64,000 nucleotides of DNA, taken from NCBI GenBank assembly GCA_963732945.1, contig CAVTBL010000017.1, positions 257,944-321,943 of the forward strand, read 5' to 3'. Below are positions 1 through 10,304 of the stretch, piece after piece. The position numbers were made by a program, and so were the translations under genes. The stretch comes from an uncultured Chloroflexia bacterium. GTDB taxonomy: Bacteria > Chloroflexota > Dehalococcoidia > DSTF01 > WHTK01. Each line of letters starts with the position of its first letter. Within the stretch, counting starts at the first letter, position 1. The notes below the pieces were generated by a model. The model did not search any database and was not told the DNA's origin. It saw nothing but the letters and a program-made list of their open reading frames with translations.

Positions 1-280
1 GTCCCCGGCCCGGTCGCGGTGCTCGACCCTCACGCTGCCGTGAGCGGCCTCGCGATCGTGCCCGGCGCCTCCGGCAGCGACGCCTACGCCGTCGTGGCCG
101 AGTGGGCGAAAGCAAAGCTGCTCAAGGTCGACCTCACGAAGAGCGGCTCCGGCTACACGGCAAGGTCTCGACCTTCGTCACGGGCCTGCAGGCGCCGGTA
201 CCGGTCATCCAGTCCTCGGACGGAAGCTCTACGTCGGCGACTGGAAGAGCGGCACCGTGTACGTGCTGGAGAACGTCTAG
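1..280 (+). CDS. 3' end of a beta-propeller protein (glucose/sorbosone dehydrogenase-like), partial, with two apparent frameshifts
   Basis: Joining frames gives ...DPHAAVSGLAIV...EWAKAKLLKVDL..SGY(T)GKVSTFVTGLQAPVPVIQSSDG(K)LYVGDWKSGTVYVLENV*, with TAG at 278-280. Needs one extra base near 160 and one near 225. Confidence 0.55.
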
Positions 281-291
281 AGTCTCCAGGT

Positions 292-600
292 TCACACGCA
301 GCCGAGCGCAGCCGATAGCACGCGGCATGCCTCATCCATGCGCGCCTCCGACAGAGTAGTAATACGACGACGGAATGCACCGCGGCGCAAGGTGTGCAAG
401 TTGTCGAATGTCGCTACACAGGCCTCAGGCATTCCGTCATTTAGACCGAGCGGCAACTCGCTCGATAGGCCGCGGACCGTCCGCGTGCAGGCAGCGACAA
501 CGACCGCACCGATTCTGTCCGCGACTGGGTCACGCGTTAGAACGAGCACCGGACGGTCTCCGCCCGGCGATGAGGCCCACCAAACCTCACCCCTCACCAC
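292..600 (-). CDS. PemK/MazF family toxin (endoribonuclease)
   Basis: RGEVWW..RPVLVLTRD..VVVAACTRTVRG matches the PemK pattern; overlaps the upstream RHH gene. Confidence 0.9.
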   Translation of the reverse strand: MVRGEVWWASSPGGDRPVLVLTRDPVADRIGAVVVAACTRTVRGLSSELPLGLNDGMPEACVATFDNLHTLRRGAFRRRITTLSEARMDEACRVLSAALGCV

Positions 601-827
601 GCGGGTGTCTCACTCCACGAATCTGGGTCGTCGGCGAGTGCGAGCTCGGAGTCAGTGAGAGGTTGCTTCTCGTACTGCTGGGCGTCGTGTTCCCAGGCAA
701 GGCGGTAGAGGTATAGCTCAATTGCGCGCCGTACGGCCTCGGAGCGGTTAGCGTGCTTTTCCGGTATGAGCGCATCCAGACGATCTATAAGTTCGTCCGG
801 CAGGCGAATAGCCATCTGTGTTGTCAT
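594..827 (-). CDS. Ribbon-helix-helix (CopG-like) antitoxin
   Basis: MAIRLPDELIDRLDAL..NRSEAVRRAI is an RHH signature; acidic C-terminus; directly upstream of the toxin. Confidence 0.88.
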   Translation of the reverse strand: MTTQMAIRLPDELIDRLDALIPEKHANRSEAVRRAIELYLYRLAWEHDAQQYEKQPLTDSELALADDPDSWSETPAW

Positions 828-924
828 GCAGTCAGTATACCAATACGCCCTACAGACTGATCAGCCCAGAGGTTCGACTAATCGTGCTACCGAGGATCAA
901 GAATTAAGCAAGAACTAAGTATGA

Positions 925-954
925 AGGGGCGCACCCCTCGCGAGATGCGCCCCT
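925..954 (-). terminator. Probable intrinsic terminator of the GT39 gene
   Basis: Perfect stem AGGGGCGCA/TGCGCCCCT about 40 bp past the stop, followed on the - strand by a modestly T-rich tail. Confidence 0.55.
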
Positions 955-993
955 GGTTCGGCCCGCTGTGAGCCGAGGTTCAGAACTTCGGGC

Positions 994-3074
994 CTACTGC
1001 ACGAGAGCCCGCAACGCGCTCGCCGTACCGGCGAGGTCGTAGAGCGTGCCGCCCGTCGACTGACCGCCGTACTCGGAGGCGTCTACTGCCTTGCCGACCG
1101 ATGCGACAGCCTGCTGCACGCCGGTGTTACTGCTGCCGCCGGGACCACCGCCGCCGCCGTTACCGCTGACCAGCACGAAGCGCAGCTGCCCCTGCTCGAC
1201 CAGATCTGCGAGCTGGCTGACCGTCATCGCGGGGTCGCTGCCGGAGAAGCCGCCCATTGCGATTACGGGCTCGCCGGTCGCGATGATTGTCGGCGCCGCC
1301 TGCTGCGAGCTTTGCACCGCGACCAGGTACTTCGCACCGCCACGGTTCGTCTCCAGGTAGCCGAGCAGCGACTGGCTCAGCGCGGCGCCGCCGGGGCCGC
1401 CACTTTGCGCACTGCCGTTCGGGCCCTGGAAGCCGCCGTCGCCGGCCGACGGCGCGTCGGCCGGCGTCTGGCCGTCGGGACGCGTGCCCGTCGTCCCGTC
1501 CGGCTGGAACTGCGGCCGGGTGCCATCATTGGCGCCGGGCTGGAAGTTGCCCTGCGGCGGCGTGCCATCGCGTTGCCCCCCGAAGCCGCCGGCCTGCTGT
1601 GCGCCGCTAACATTGGCCGAAGGCAGCGTGCCGTTACCGGCCTGGGCGATGACGGCGTTCGACCAGACGGCGGTCGGCAGCAGCAAGGCCGCGACACCGA
1701 GCGTAAGCGCCGCGACCGTGACCCGCGTCGATGGCACGCGGCGCACAGCGACGACCAGCAGCGTCAGCATCGATATACCGGCGCCGGCCGCAACCACCGG
1801 CACGAGCCAGCTCTTGTAGTCGGGCGAGTAGCCCAGGATCTTCAGCTCGAGCAGCGCCGTCGCGCCGATCGCCACCGGAGCGATCACCGCGAGCCAGCTG
1901 CGCTGCGACAGGCTGTGCCAGAAGCTCGCCACGCCGATCGCCACCATCGCGGCCATGGGCGGCGCGAGGAAGGAGAGGTAGTAGTCGTGGAAGATGCCCC
2001 TGGCGAAGCTGAAGACGAGCCCCGCGGTCAGCAGCCAGCCGCCAAATGCGATGACGCTACCGAGCACGATGTTGCCGCGCAGCTTGCGACCCGAGGTAAG
2101 AATCGCAGCAACACCGCCAATCAGCGCCAGGGGTGTGAACCACATCGCCTGTCCGGCCAGTGCGCCACCGAACAGCCGGAACAGGCCCGGCACGCCGGTC
2201 GCGGGGCCGGCCTCGCCGTTGATCCGGCCGAGGCCGTTGTAGTCGATCAGCAGGTTGAGCATCGAGTTGGTGGTGCTGCCGCCCGCGTAGGGCCGCGACG
2301 CCGCCGGCGTCAGGTCGAACGCGACCACCCACGACGCCGACACCACCGCGAGCACAAGCGTCGCGATCGTCAGGTGCTTGATGCGCTGCGTCAGCGACAG
2401 CGGCGCCGTCGCCAGGTAGGCGAACCAGAGCGCCGGCAGCGCCACGTAAGCGGCAAGGAACTTGGTGTTGAAGGCGATACCCATGAACACGGCCGATGCG
2501 ATCAGCCAGCGCAGGTTGCCCTTCTCCAGGGCTCGCACGATGGCGTAGGCGCTGAGCGTGACGAAGAAGATCAGCCAGGCATCGAGGTTGTTGCTGCGGT
2601 TCACGGCCACCGCGATCGGCGTCAGCGCCAGGACGAGGCCGCCAACTACGCCCGCCGTCTTACCGAACACCCGGCTCACGGCGAGGTAGACCAGCAGCAC
2701 GGAGCCCATACCAGCTATCGCCTCGGGCAGGAGCAGCGTGAAGCCCGAGTAGCCGAAGACCCTGGCGAACGCCGCCTGGATCCACAGCGCCACGGGCGGC
2801 TTATCGACCGTGATGAAGCCGGCTGGGTCGAACGAGTTGTAGAAGAAGTTGTGCCAGCTCTGGGTCATGCTGCGCACGGCGGCGGCGTAATAGTCGTTGC
2901 CGTAGCCGTTCTGCGTCAGGTTCCAGATGTTGAGGTAGCCCGCGGTGAACAGCACCGCCAGCAGCGCGAACGGCTGCCAGCCGAGCCTCGAGACCGCCTG
3001 CTGCAGCCCCGAGACGCCGCTGTCGCTCGTCGGCCACGGGCGCCTGAGAGGAAACGCGTCGCTTGTGATGTCAT
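994..3074 (-). CDS. ArnT/PMT (GT39) family membrane glycosyltransferase, YkcB-like
   Basis: GNDYYAAAVRSM..FFYNSFDPAGFITVDKPP, RSNNLD, Gly-rich insert and C-terminal PVIAMGGFSGSDP. ORF is 994..2955; an ATG with GGAGG RBS at 3074 is one base out of frame. Confidence 0.88.
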
Positions 3075-3323
3075 GGTCGCCTCCAACCTGGACGCACCAT
3101 TCGGCGCGTCTATCTCAGGCTAGGGGTGAAGGCTCAGGGCCGCGTCCGGCGCGAGGCGTGTTCTCGTCATCGGTCCGGAGGCGTAGTGGCGGCAGCGTGG
3201 CCGTCTCTCAGTACAACCGTGGGAGTAGGACAGAGGCAGAGTGCAGAGTACAGAGTGCATAAGCCCGGGCCGTCTTCGCGAGGCCGCTCCGAGTCTCTGC
3301 ACTCTGTAATCTGCCCTCGAACG

Positions 3324-4376
3324 CTAGTCGTAGGTGAGGATGGCGCGTCCGGCGATCTGCCCGCTCTGCAGCGCGTTACAGGCCTCGTTGATCTGGTCGA
3401 GCTTGAAGCGCGACGTGACGAGCTTGTTGAGGTCGAGCTTGCCCTCACGGAACCACTGGATGAACTTCGGGTAGTCCGTCTCCGGCCGGCTGCTGCCACC
3501 GAACGTGCCCTTGTAGGTGCGCGCCAGGAAGATGTCGCGCATGTTCAACGTCGCGGGCACCTGTGGCACGCCGACCAGGATCGCGGTGCCGCCCTCGCGG
3601 ATCGCGACCAGGCCCTGCTTCACGGACGGCAGCACCTGCTCCATCGTCTCCTTGCGGCCGATGGCGTCGAAGGCGTAGTCGGCGCCGCCGTTAGTCAGCT
3701 CCTTGATGCGCTCGACCGGGTTCTCGCGCGAGGCGTTGATCGTCTGCGTGACGCCGAACTCCCGCGCGAATGCCAGCTTCTCGTCCGTTAGGTCGACGGC
3801 GATGATCTCTTTCGCGCCGGCCAGCACACAGCCGACGACGACGCAAAGCCCGACGCCGCCGACGCCGTAGATTGCGACGGTACTGCCCGGCTCGACCTTC
3901 GCGGTGTTGATCGCGGCTCCGACGCCGGTCATGACTGCACAGCCGATGATCGCGGTGACGTCGGTGGCAACGTCATCGGGCATCTTCACGACGTACTGCT
4001 CGTGTGCAACAGTCGTTTCGACCCAGGTAGGCGCCGCCTGCCAGCCCGCCGTCTTGCCCTGGTAGTTCATCGAGCCCTGGGTCGGGACCGGCATGCCCTC
4101 GTAGCCATCGCGCGGTACCCAGGTGACCATGACGTGGTCGCCTTCCTTGACGTGGTTGACGTTCTTGCCCTTCGCGATTACGACACCGGTCGATTCGTGG
4201 CCGAGCAGCAGGGGGCGCACGCTGGCCGGATTGTGCATCTGATGCAGCTGCGAGTGGCAGATGCCGCTGGCGAACTGCTTGACGACGATCTGGCTGTCGT
4301 CCGGCTCAGGCAGCTCGATTTCGTCTACGACCAGGGGCCCGTTGAGCTCGAGTTGAATCGCGGCGCGTGTCTTCAT
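3324..4376 (-). CDS. Zn-dependent alcohol dehydrogenase (MDR family)
   Basis: GICHSQ, LLGHE, IIGCAVMTG and GVGGVG Rossmann motif; the four structural-Zn cysteines are absent. Confidence 0.9.
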   Translation of the reverse strand: MKTRAAIQLELNGPLVVDEIELPEPDDSQIVVKQFASGICHSQLHQMHNPASVRPLLLGHESTGVVIAKGKNVNHVKEGDHVMVTWVPRDGYEGMPVPTQGSMNYQGKTAGWQAAPTWVETTVAHEQYVVKMPDDVATDVTAIIGCAVMTGVGAAINTAKVEPGSTVAIYGVGGVGLCVVVGCVLAGAKEIIAVDLTDEKLAFAREFGVTQTINASRENPVERIKELTNGGADYAFDAIGRKETMEQVLPSVKQGLVAIREGGTAILVGVPQVPATLNMRDIFLARTYKGTFGGSSRPETDYPKFIQWFREGKLDLNKLVTSRFKLDQINEACNALQSGQIAGRAILTYD

Positions 4377-4510
4377 TTCACCCTCCTGCTACTACCCGTC
4401 AAGGCGAGACCATCGAGCCCCAAGTTTAGGTCAGCGCATCGGATCAATCGATGCCTGCCGAGTCGGCCGCTCGCATACCTGCGGCGCGCCGGAAGCGCTA
4501 GCATTTCGAC

Positions 4511-5176
4511 GTGACCGAATCGCGCCTGCGAATCCAGATCAACGACTCGACCGCCGTGACGGCGCGCCGCTTCGTCCCCGACGCCGCAGCCGAGACGGTG
4601 TTCCTCTACGCACCCGGCGCCGGCTCGAACATCGACGACCCGTTCGGCGTCTACCTGTGCAACGAGCTGGCGCGGCAGGGCATCGAGGCGTGGCTGTTTC
4701 AGTTCCCGTACATGGAGGCGAAGAAGCGCGCCCCGGACCGCCCACCGTTCCTCGAAGCTACCTGGAGCGCCGTCATCGCGCAGGCGAGGTCGTCTGCGCC
4801 GCGGCGCCTCGTCGTCGGCGGCAGGTCGATGGGCGGACGCATCGCCTCGCTGGTCGTGGCACAGGGTGCGGCGGTCGATGGCCTCGTGCTGTTCGCCTAC
4901 CCGCTGGTGCCGCCGGGGCGCAGCGGCAGCGCCCGCTCCGAGCACCTGCCGCGCATAACCGTGCCGGCGCTGTTCTGCTCCGGCACGCGCGATAGCTTCG
5001 GCACGCCGGAGCAACTTCGCGAGGCCTCGAATCTGGTTCCGAACGCGGCGCTGCACCTGCTCGAAGGCGCAGATCACGGCTTCGCGGTGCTGAAGTCCTC
5101 GGGCCGTACGCGCGAAAGCGTCTTCGCCGAGGCGACGGCGTCGCGCGCTCGGGTTCATCCGAGGCCTGAGTCCTAG
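4511..5176 (+). CDS. Small alpha/beta hydrolase (Abhydrolase_11/dienelactone hydrolase-like)
   Basis: GGRSMGGR nucleophile elbow, GTRDSF (Asp) and GADHGF (His). Confidence 0.88.
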   Translation: MTESRLRIQINDSTAVTARRFVPDAAAETVFLYAPGAGSNIDDPFGVYLCNELARQGIEAWLFQFPYMEAKKRAPDRPPFLEATWSAVIAQARSSAPRRLVVGGRSMGGRIASLVVAQGAAVDGLVLFAYPLVPPGRSGSARSEHLPRITVPALFCSGTRDSFGTPEQLREASNLVPNAALHLLEGADHGFAVLKSSGRTRESVFAEATASRARVHPRPES

Positions 5177-5583
5177 GGCAAGCTAGCCGGTCCCCGGTAG
5201 GGCGGATTCTCCGCTTCGAGCTGCGCGATGTGCGACTCGATGACGTCCATCGGTGCGAACTTCACGATCAACCCGACAGCCACGATGGCGACCAACACGT
5301 CGTCGAGCTGCCCGAGCACGGGGATGAAGTCGGGCACCAGGTCGATGGGCATCGCGAGATAGAGCACGAGTAGCGGCGGGATCAGACGCACCGCGCGCGG
5401 GATGCGCTCGTCGCGCGTCAACGCCACGACCAGGCGCAGACGCGCCGGCCACGGCAGCTTCTGCACACGCGACGCCAGCGCCTTCGTCCGCGCCGACGCC
5501 TTCTTCACCAGGACGAACCCCGCGATGCCGCACATCAGCGCCGTCACCGCGAAGACGATGAGCAGGACCTGCCACCACTCCAC
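5173..5583 (-). CDS. YkvA/DUF1232 family membrane protein
   Basis: YLAMPIDLVPDFIPVLGQLDD signature. Confidence 0.92.
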   Translation of the reverse strand: MEWWQVLLIVFAVTALMCGIAGFVLVKKASARTKALASRVQKLPWPARLRLVVALTRDERIPRAVRLIPPLLVLYLAMPIDLVPDFIPVLGQLDDVLVAIVAVGLIVKFAPMDVIESHIAQLEAENPPYRGPASLP

Positions 5584-5667
5584 ATCTCCAGCTTAACGCG
5601 GCGTCCCAAGACCGCGGGCGAGCAACAAACCGTCTGGTCGGTACCGGACAGTCTGAGTCGATGACGG

Positions 5668-5739
5668 ACCCTGCAGGTTGAAACCTGCAGCTTCGCGGAC
5701 GGCCCGTGTGATTTAGCTGCAGGATTCATCCTGCAGGTT
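5668..5739. repeat. Inverted doublet of REP-like palindromes
   Basis: CCTGCAGGTTGAAACCTGCAGCT then, about 25 bp later, AGCTGCAGGATTCATCCTGCAGG in opposite orientation. Confidence 0.75.
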
Positions 5740-5815
5740 AGTGTGTCCTCCACTCGCAGCCGTTTGTACGCACCGTATTGTCGCCCGGCGTTATACGCTG
5801 CTAGCGGAGGTTCGG

Positions 5816-6853
5816 GTGTCCGACGCCGACCCGCTCGTTATCTCCGAGGGCCTCAGGCGCCTCGGCTTCGCGCTGGAGCGCAACCCGGCGCGACGCCACC
5901 AGTCGCGAGCCTTTCTGCGCGCCGCCCGCAACCTGGCGCGCCTCGACGCCGCCGAGCTGCAGCGCCATCTGCAGGACGGCACGCTGACCGATCTGCCGGG
6001 CGTCGGCGACTCGATCGCGGGCGCGATCCGGGACCTGGCGCAGGGCATCGAGCCGGCGTACTGGCACAGCGCGTCGCTGGAAGCAGTGCCGGAGCCGTCC
6101 GACGCCGCCGCGGCGGCGCTGCTGCGGGCCCTGCGCGGCGACTGTCACGCGCACTCGAACTGGTCGGACGGCGCTACGGAGATCGAAGAGATGGCCCTGG
6201 CGGCGCGCGACCTCGGTCACGAGTACATGGTGCTGACGGACCACTCGCCCAGCCTGACGATCGCGCACGGGCTCTCCGTAGAGCGCCTCGAGCAACAGCT
6301 CGAGGTTGTCGAGGCGCTGAACCGCGAGCTGGCGCCGTTTCGCATCCTCACCGGCATCGAGTGCGACATCCTGGCCGACGGTTCGCTGGACCAGACGGAC
6401 GAGATGCTCAGCCGCCTCGACGTCGTGGTCGCCAGCGTGCACAGCCTGCTGCGCCAGCCGGCCGACGCGATGACGCCGCGCCTGCTGGCGGCGGTGCGCA
6501 ACCCGCACACCGACATTCTCGGTCATTGCACCGGGCGCATCGTCACCGGTCGCGGGCGGCCGCAATCGCAGTTCGACGCCGAGGCCGTATTCGCCGAGTG
6601 CGCCCGCAACGGCGTCGCGGTCGAGATCAACTCGCGGCCGGAGCGCATGGACCCGCCGGGCGATCTGCTGCTGCTGGCGATGCAGGCCGGCTGCAGCTTC
6701 AGCATCGACAGCGACGCGCACACGCCGGGGCAGCTTGCGTGGCAGTACTTCGGCTGCGAGCACGCCGCGCGCTGCGGTCTCACGCCCGAGCGCGTGATCA
6801 ACACGGCGCCACTGGACGCCTTCCTCCAGGGCATAGCTGCGCGCGGCGGCTAA
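5816..6853 (+). CDS. PHP domain protein with N-terminal PolX-type helix-hairpin-helix domain
   Basis: LPGVGDSIA HhH; GDCHAHSNWSDG, TDHS, SVH, GHCTGR and DSDAH PHP motifs; GGAGG before GTG at 5816. Confidence 0.88.
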   Translation: MSDADPLVISEGLRRLGFALERNPARRHQSRAFLRAARNLARLDAAELQRHLQDGTLTDLPGVGDSIAGAIRDLAQGIEPAYWHSASLEAVPEPSDAAAAALLRALRGDCHAHSNWSDGATEIEEMALAARDLGHEYMVLTDHSPSLTIAHGLSVERLEQQLEVVEALNRELAPFRILTGIECDILADGSLDQTDEMLSRLDVVVASVHSLLRQPADAMTPRLLAAVRNPHTDILGHCTGRIVTGRGRPQSQFDAEAVFAECARNGVAVEINSRPERMDPPGDLLLLAMQAGCSFSIDSDAHTPGQLAWQYFGCEHAARCGLTPERVINTAPLDAFLQGIAARGG

Positions 6854-6888
6854 AGGACCTGCGCGGAGGAAATCGCCGCCGGGCGCCG

Positions 6889-7737
6889 CTAAAGCGTGCC
6901 TGCAGCGCGGGCTGCTGCCACGTCGCCCGGGTAGCCCCAGGTCTCGAAGCCGCCGAGTCCGTGCTCCTCGTTCCAGCGCGGCGCGTTGAGGCTCTCGCCC
7001 GTGACCCCGCCGGCGTCCTGGTCAGCAAAAAATAGGGCCAGCGGCACGGCGGCTTCCGGCCGCAGACGTCGCAGCGGCGACGGAGAGGCGTTCGGAGCTA
7101 CACGCGCTGCCATCTGCTCATCGGACCCCGTCGTGCGGGTGAAGCCCGGCATGAGGACGTTGGCGGCGATGTTGTAATGCTTGAGCTCGTGCGCAAGGAA
7201 GCGTGTCATCTCGATCTGTGCCGCCTTCGACGGCTGATACGGGCCTTCCTGCGTGACGCCGCCCCGCCCTTCAGAACCGAGGACGATGATGCTGCCCCGC
7301 CGCTGAGCCAGCATTGGCTGTACGAACTGCTTGACGACCCGGAAGGACCCGAAGACATTGGTGTCGAACATACGCAGCCAGTCCTGCACGGTAGTGTCGA
7401 TGATCCGGGTCGTGCCCGTGGGCGGGTAAAGGTCCCGCGCACGCATGGCCGCATTGTTGATGATCACGTCGATGGTGCCGAAGCGTGCCATCGCGGCTTT
7501 GTAGACGCGTTCGACCTGCTCATCGCTCGTGATGTCCATGCTCTCGGCCATGGCGTTCGCGTTGCCGGAAAGCTCGGCGAGGAAATCAGCAGCCTCGTCA
7601 CCGGATACGCCCGCAGGTTCCCAGGTACGGGCCGTACCAACAACTCGCGCGCCCTCTTTCAGGAAAGCACGCATGAACTCCCGCCCGATGCCGCGCGAGG
7701 CACCCGTTATCAGCACGACCTTACCCGTGACCGCCAT
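6889..7737 (-). CDS. Short-chain dehydrogenase/reductase
   Basis: TGASRGIG, NNAA and YQPSK (YxxxK). Confidence 0.9.
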   Translation of the reverse strand: MAVTGKVVLITGASRGIGREFMRAFLKEGARVVGTARTWEPAGVSGDEAADFLAELSGNANAMAESMDITSDEQVERVYKAAMARFGTIDVIINNAAMRARDLYPPTGTTRIIDTTVQDWLRMFDTNVFGSFRVVKQFVQPMLAQRRGSIIVLGSEGRGGVTQEGPYQPSKAAQIEMTRFLAHELKHYNIAANVLMPGFTRTTGSDEQMAARVAPNASPSPLRRLRPEAAVPLALFFADQDAGGVTGESLNAPRWNEEHGLGGFETWGYPGDVAAARAAGTL

Positions 7738-7744
7738 CGCGTGA

Positions 7745-8176
7745 TTAGGACAGGCGGACCACGCCCGGCTGGTCCGGCTGCCAGTCCTGGAAAGTCGGGC
7801 CGTCCGGCGCTCGGTACTCACGAAGCGAGATCAGGTAGCCGGAGGGATCCCTGATCTGGGCCTGGTGCCCCCAGAACGTCATCGCCGCCCACGGCTCGCG
7901 AGCCACTTCGACGCTTCGGGCTCGCAGCTCGGTCAGGGTGCGCTCCATATCGTCGACAACGAGGCCGATGCGTAGCTCACTGCGGCCGTCGGTTGAAGGT
8001 GTGGTGGTCGAAGGAGTGAGCTCCAGCAGTATCTGGCCCAGTTCGATATAGGCCGAGAGGCGGCCGTTGGTCGTGTACTTGCGCAGCAGCTTGAAGCCCA
8101 GGTTCTGGGTGTAAAAGGCGATCGACTCGTCGACGTCACGGCAAGGCAGGTAGATATGACTGATGTTCTTGATCAT
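7745..8176 (-). CDS. VOC/glyoxalase family protein
   Basis: ISHIYLPCRDVDESIAFY..LGF, RDPSGYLISL. Confidence 0.88.
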   Translation of the reverse strand: MIKNISHIYLPCRDVDESIAFYTQNLGFKLLRKYTTNGRLSAYIELGQILLELTPSTTTPSTDGRSELRIGLVVDDMERTLTELRARSVEVAREPWAAMTFWGHQAQIRDPSGYLISLREYRAPDGPTFQDWQPDQPGVVRLS

Positions 8177-8264
8177 GCACGTCTCCTCGCCTCTCCTGGC
8201 AGGGTGACTCTGCCACCGTGAGCGCGGTGTGTCCAGTCATCCTCGGCGACCCGGACATGGTCGT

Positions 8265-8342
8265 GCGTAAACACTGTTATCTCCAGAGAACTGATCTCGA
8301 TCGTGCGGGACCTCGTCGGTAAACGGCGCGTAAACATTGTTA
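8265..8342. promoter_or_regulatory. Candidate operator pair upstream of the SipW/TasA operon
   Basis: GCGTAAACA(C/T)TGTTA at 8265-8279 and 8328-8342, plus a further GTAAAC at 8319-8324. Confidence 0.4.
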
Positions 8343-8447
8343 CGAAGTCTTTACGGCCTCGCGGGAATTATTGACACTGACCACTCCGCAGTGTTTAGTC
8401 GAAGCGGACCGCCCCGTTAAACAGAAGAAGACAATTTCCTGATTGCG

Positions 8448-10304
8448 GTGTCGCGACGGCACTGCTGGTGGCGTATTGGCACGAAGCGAGGCAAGAACCT
8501 GAAAGGATCGCTCCTCCGTGCCTTCCTGTTGCTTCTCGCGATCGGGCTGGTTGCCACCTACGGAGTCAGGGGCTCCCTCAACCCGGCACACGTAACGACA
8601 GTTAGTGCCGCCGATCTCCAGATCGTCCTCAGCAGCAACGACACCGATACGCTGCAATTCCAGGTCGCCCTGGGCCAGCCTTGCGCCGATGCCCTGGCGC
8701 CCGGCGATTCCTGCGTCGCCACCGTAAAGGTCGAGAACAAGGGATCGACCGATAGCCCAGTCGGCATGCCGGAAATCACGGTGAGCGGCACGCTCGACAC
8801 CTGTAGCGGTGACGATCCGGCCAATCCGGGCGCGGGCGCCCACAACCTCAGCGTCTCGTTCCGCGACCCTCAGCCGACGGGCATGCTGCTCAAGGCAGGC
8901 GCCAGCGAGACCTTCGACGTCGTGTTTACCCTTAGCTCCGCCATGGGCAACGCCTGCCAGGGCAAGCAAGCGTCCATAGAGGTATTCGTAGCGACAGGAG
9001 CGTTCGCGCAGGGCCCCGGGGCGGCCGGACCATCGGCGACCACTGAGCCCGCGACGCAGGCGCCCGAAGCATCATCGCCGCCCGCCGAAGCCCAGCCCGC
9101 CGAGGAAGCGCCGGCAGCGCAGGCGCCACCGCTGGTTCCTACCTTCACGCCAATCCCAGCGCCGACAGAAACACCGGTACCCGCGACGCCGGCACCGACC
9201 GCATCCGTAACGGTGCAGACTCAGGTCGTTACGCCGACGCCATCGCCTACGCCGACCCAGGAGCTGCTTCCGCCCGCCACCGCTGAGCCGCGCACCTTCC
9301 TCGACAACCAGCCGGGCTTCTCGGAGATCTCGACCAACATTTCGGTCGTCGGAACGAACCTGTTCCTCGCCGTGCTGTCGCTGCTCACGCTGCTGGTCGC
9401 GACCACCGTCTTCAACTCGACGCTCGAAGAGAACGCCAGGGACATCGAAGCCGTAGCCCGCAAGATCACGGACTCACCGCGTGTTGCACCCATGGCAGCG
9501 GCGCTCGGCTGGCTCAGCGAGGAGGAAGCCGGCGGCACCCACGCTCTGCTCAACTGGCTCAAGCCGATCCTCATCGTCTTGATCACGGCCGCGATCTACG
9601 CGGTCATTGACCCGAACTTTGGCTTCAACAACGACACGCTGGTGCTGATCACGGCACTCGTGGCCGGCCTCGCGATGGCCACCTTCCTCTACGAGGGCGG
9701 CCAGGTCCTCTGGTCGACGCGCCGCTACGGGACGCCGGCCGCAATGCGCGTCTATCCGGTCGCCATCCTGATAGCACTTGGGTCCGTGGTGCTGACCCGC
9801 ATTACCAACCTGCACCCCGGCATCATCTTCGGCTTCGTCACCGCGGCCGCGATCTTCCCGCGTGGCGCCATGTCCAAGCGCGAGAAGGGCATGATCATCC
9901 TCGTACCGCTCGTCGGGCTCATGATCGTGAGCTTCGTGGCCTTCGCGCTGATCGATCCGCTGCGACGCCTCAGCCAGGACAACTCCGGTGTGCTCTACGC
10001 GCTACCTGAGACGATCGCAATCGCGTTGTTCGTTGGCGGCGCCGAGAGCGCGCTGCTCATCCTGCTCCCGATTCGCTTCAACGATGGCGAACGCATCTGG
10101 GAGTGGAACAAGCTGCTCTGGGTCATCCTGGCCGTACCAGCGACCTTCGCGTTCTTCCACATCATCATCGCCAACGACGACGGCGTACGCAGCATCACCA
10201 ACAACACCAACGCGATGACGCTGATTATCGTCTGCCTCGTCGTGCTCGTGATCTCATTCGCGACCTGGCTGTTCTTCAAGCTGCGAGATATGGGAGAGGA
10301 CTGA
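8448..10304 (+). CDS. TasA/camelysin-like N-terminal domain, Pro/Thr/Ala linker and polytopic (FGLLP-motif-like) membrane domain
   Basis: Signal-like LLRAFLLLLAIGLVATYG; LAPGDSCVATVKVENKGS; LSSAMGNACQG; long PT linker; multiple hydrophobic segments with LHPGIIFGF and LLPIRFNDGERI. Start uncertain (CTG at 8499 possible). Confidence 0.7.
   Translation: MSRRHCWWRIGTKRGKNLKGSLLRAFLLLLAIGLVATYGVRGSLNPAHVTTVSAADLQIVLSSNDTDTLQFQVALGQPCADALAPGDSCVATVKVENKGSTDSPVGMPEITVSGTLDTCSGDDPANPGAGAHNLSVSFRDPQPTGMLLKAGASETFDVVFTLSSAMGNACQGKQASIEVFVATGAFAQGPGAAGPSATTEPATQAPEASSPPAEAQPAEEAPAAQAPPLVPTFTPIPAPTETPVPATPAPTASVTVQTQVVTPTPSPTPTQELLPPATAEPRTFLDNQPGFSEISTNISVVGTNLFLAVLSLLTLLVATTVFNSTLEENARDIEAVARKITDSPRVAPMAAALGWLSEEEAGGTHALLNWLKPILIVLITAAIYAVIDPNFGFNNDTLVLITALVAGLAMATFLYEGGQVLWSTRRYGTPAAMRVYPVAILIALGSVVLTRITNLHPGIIFGFVTAAAIFPRGAMSKREKGMIILVPLVGLMIVSFVAFALIDPLRRLSQDNSGVLYALPETIAIALFVGGAESALLILLPIRFNDGERIWEWNKLLWVILAVPATFAFFHIIIANDDGVRSITNNTNAMTLIIVCLVVLVISFATWLFFKLRDMGED

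Noticed and set aside
292-827. Toxin-antitoxin pair as a novel defence island
   Set aside because: Ordinary RHH-MazF module with no neighbouring defence or mobility genes.
1312-3123. Long antisense or alternate-frame ORFs (also 13902-15578, 25662-26933, 34636-35703 and others)
   Set aside because: Shadow ORFs of high-GC genes on the opposite strand, with no recognisable motifs.
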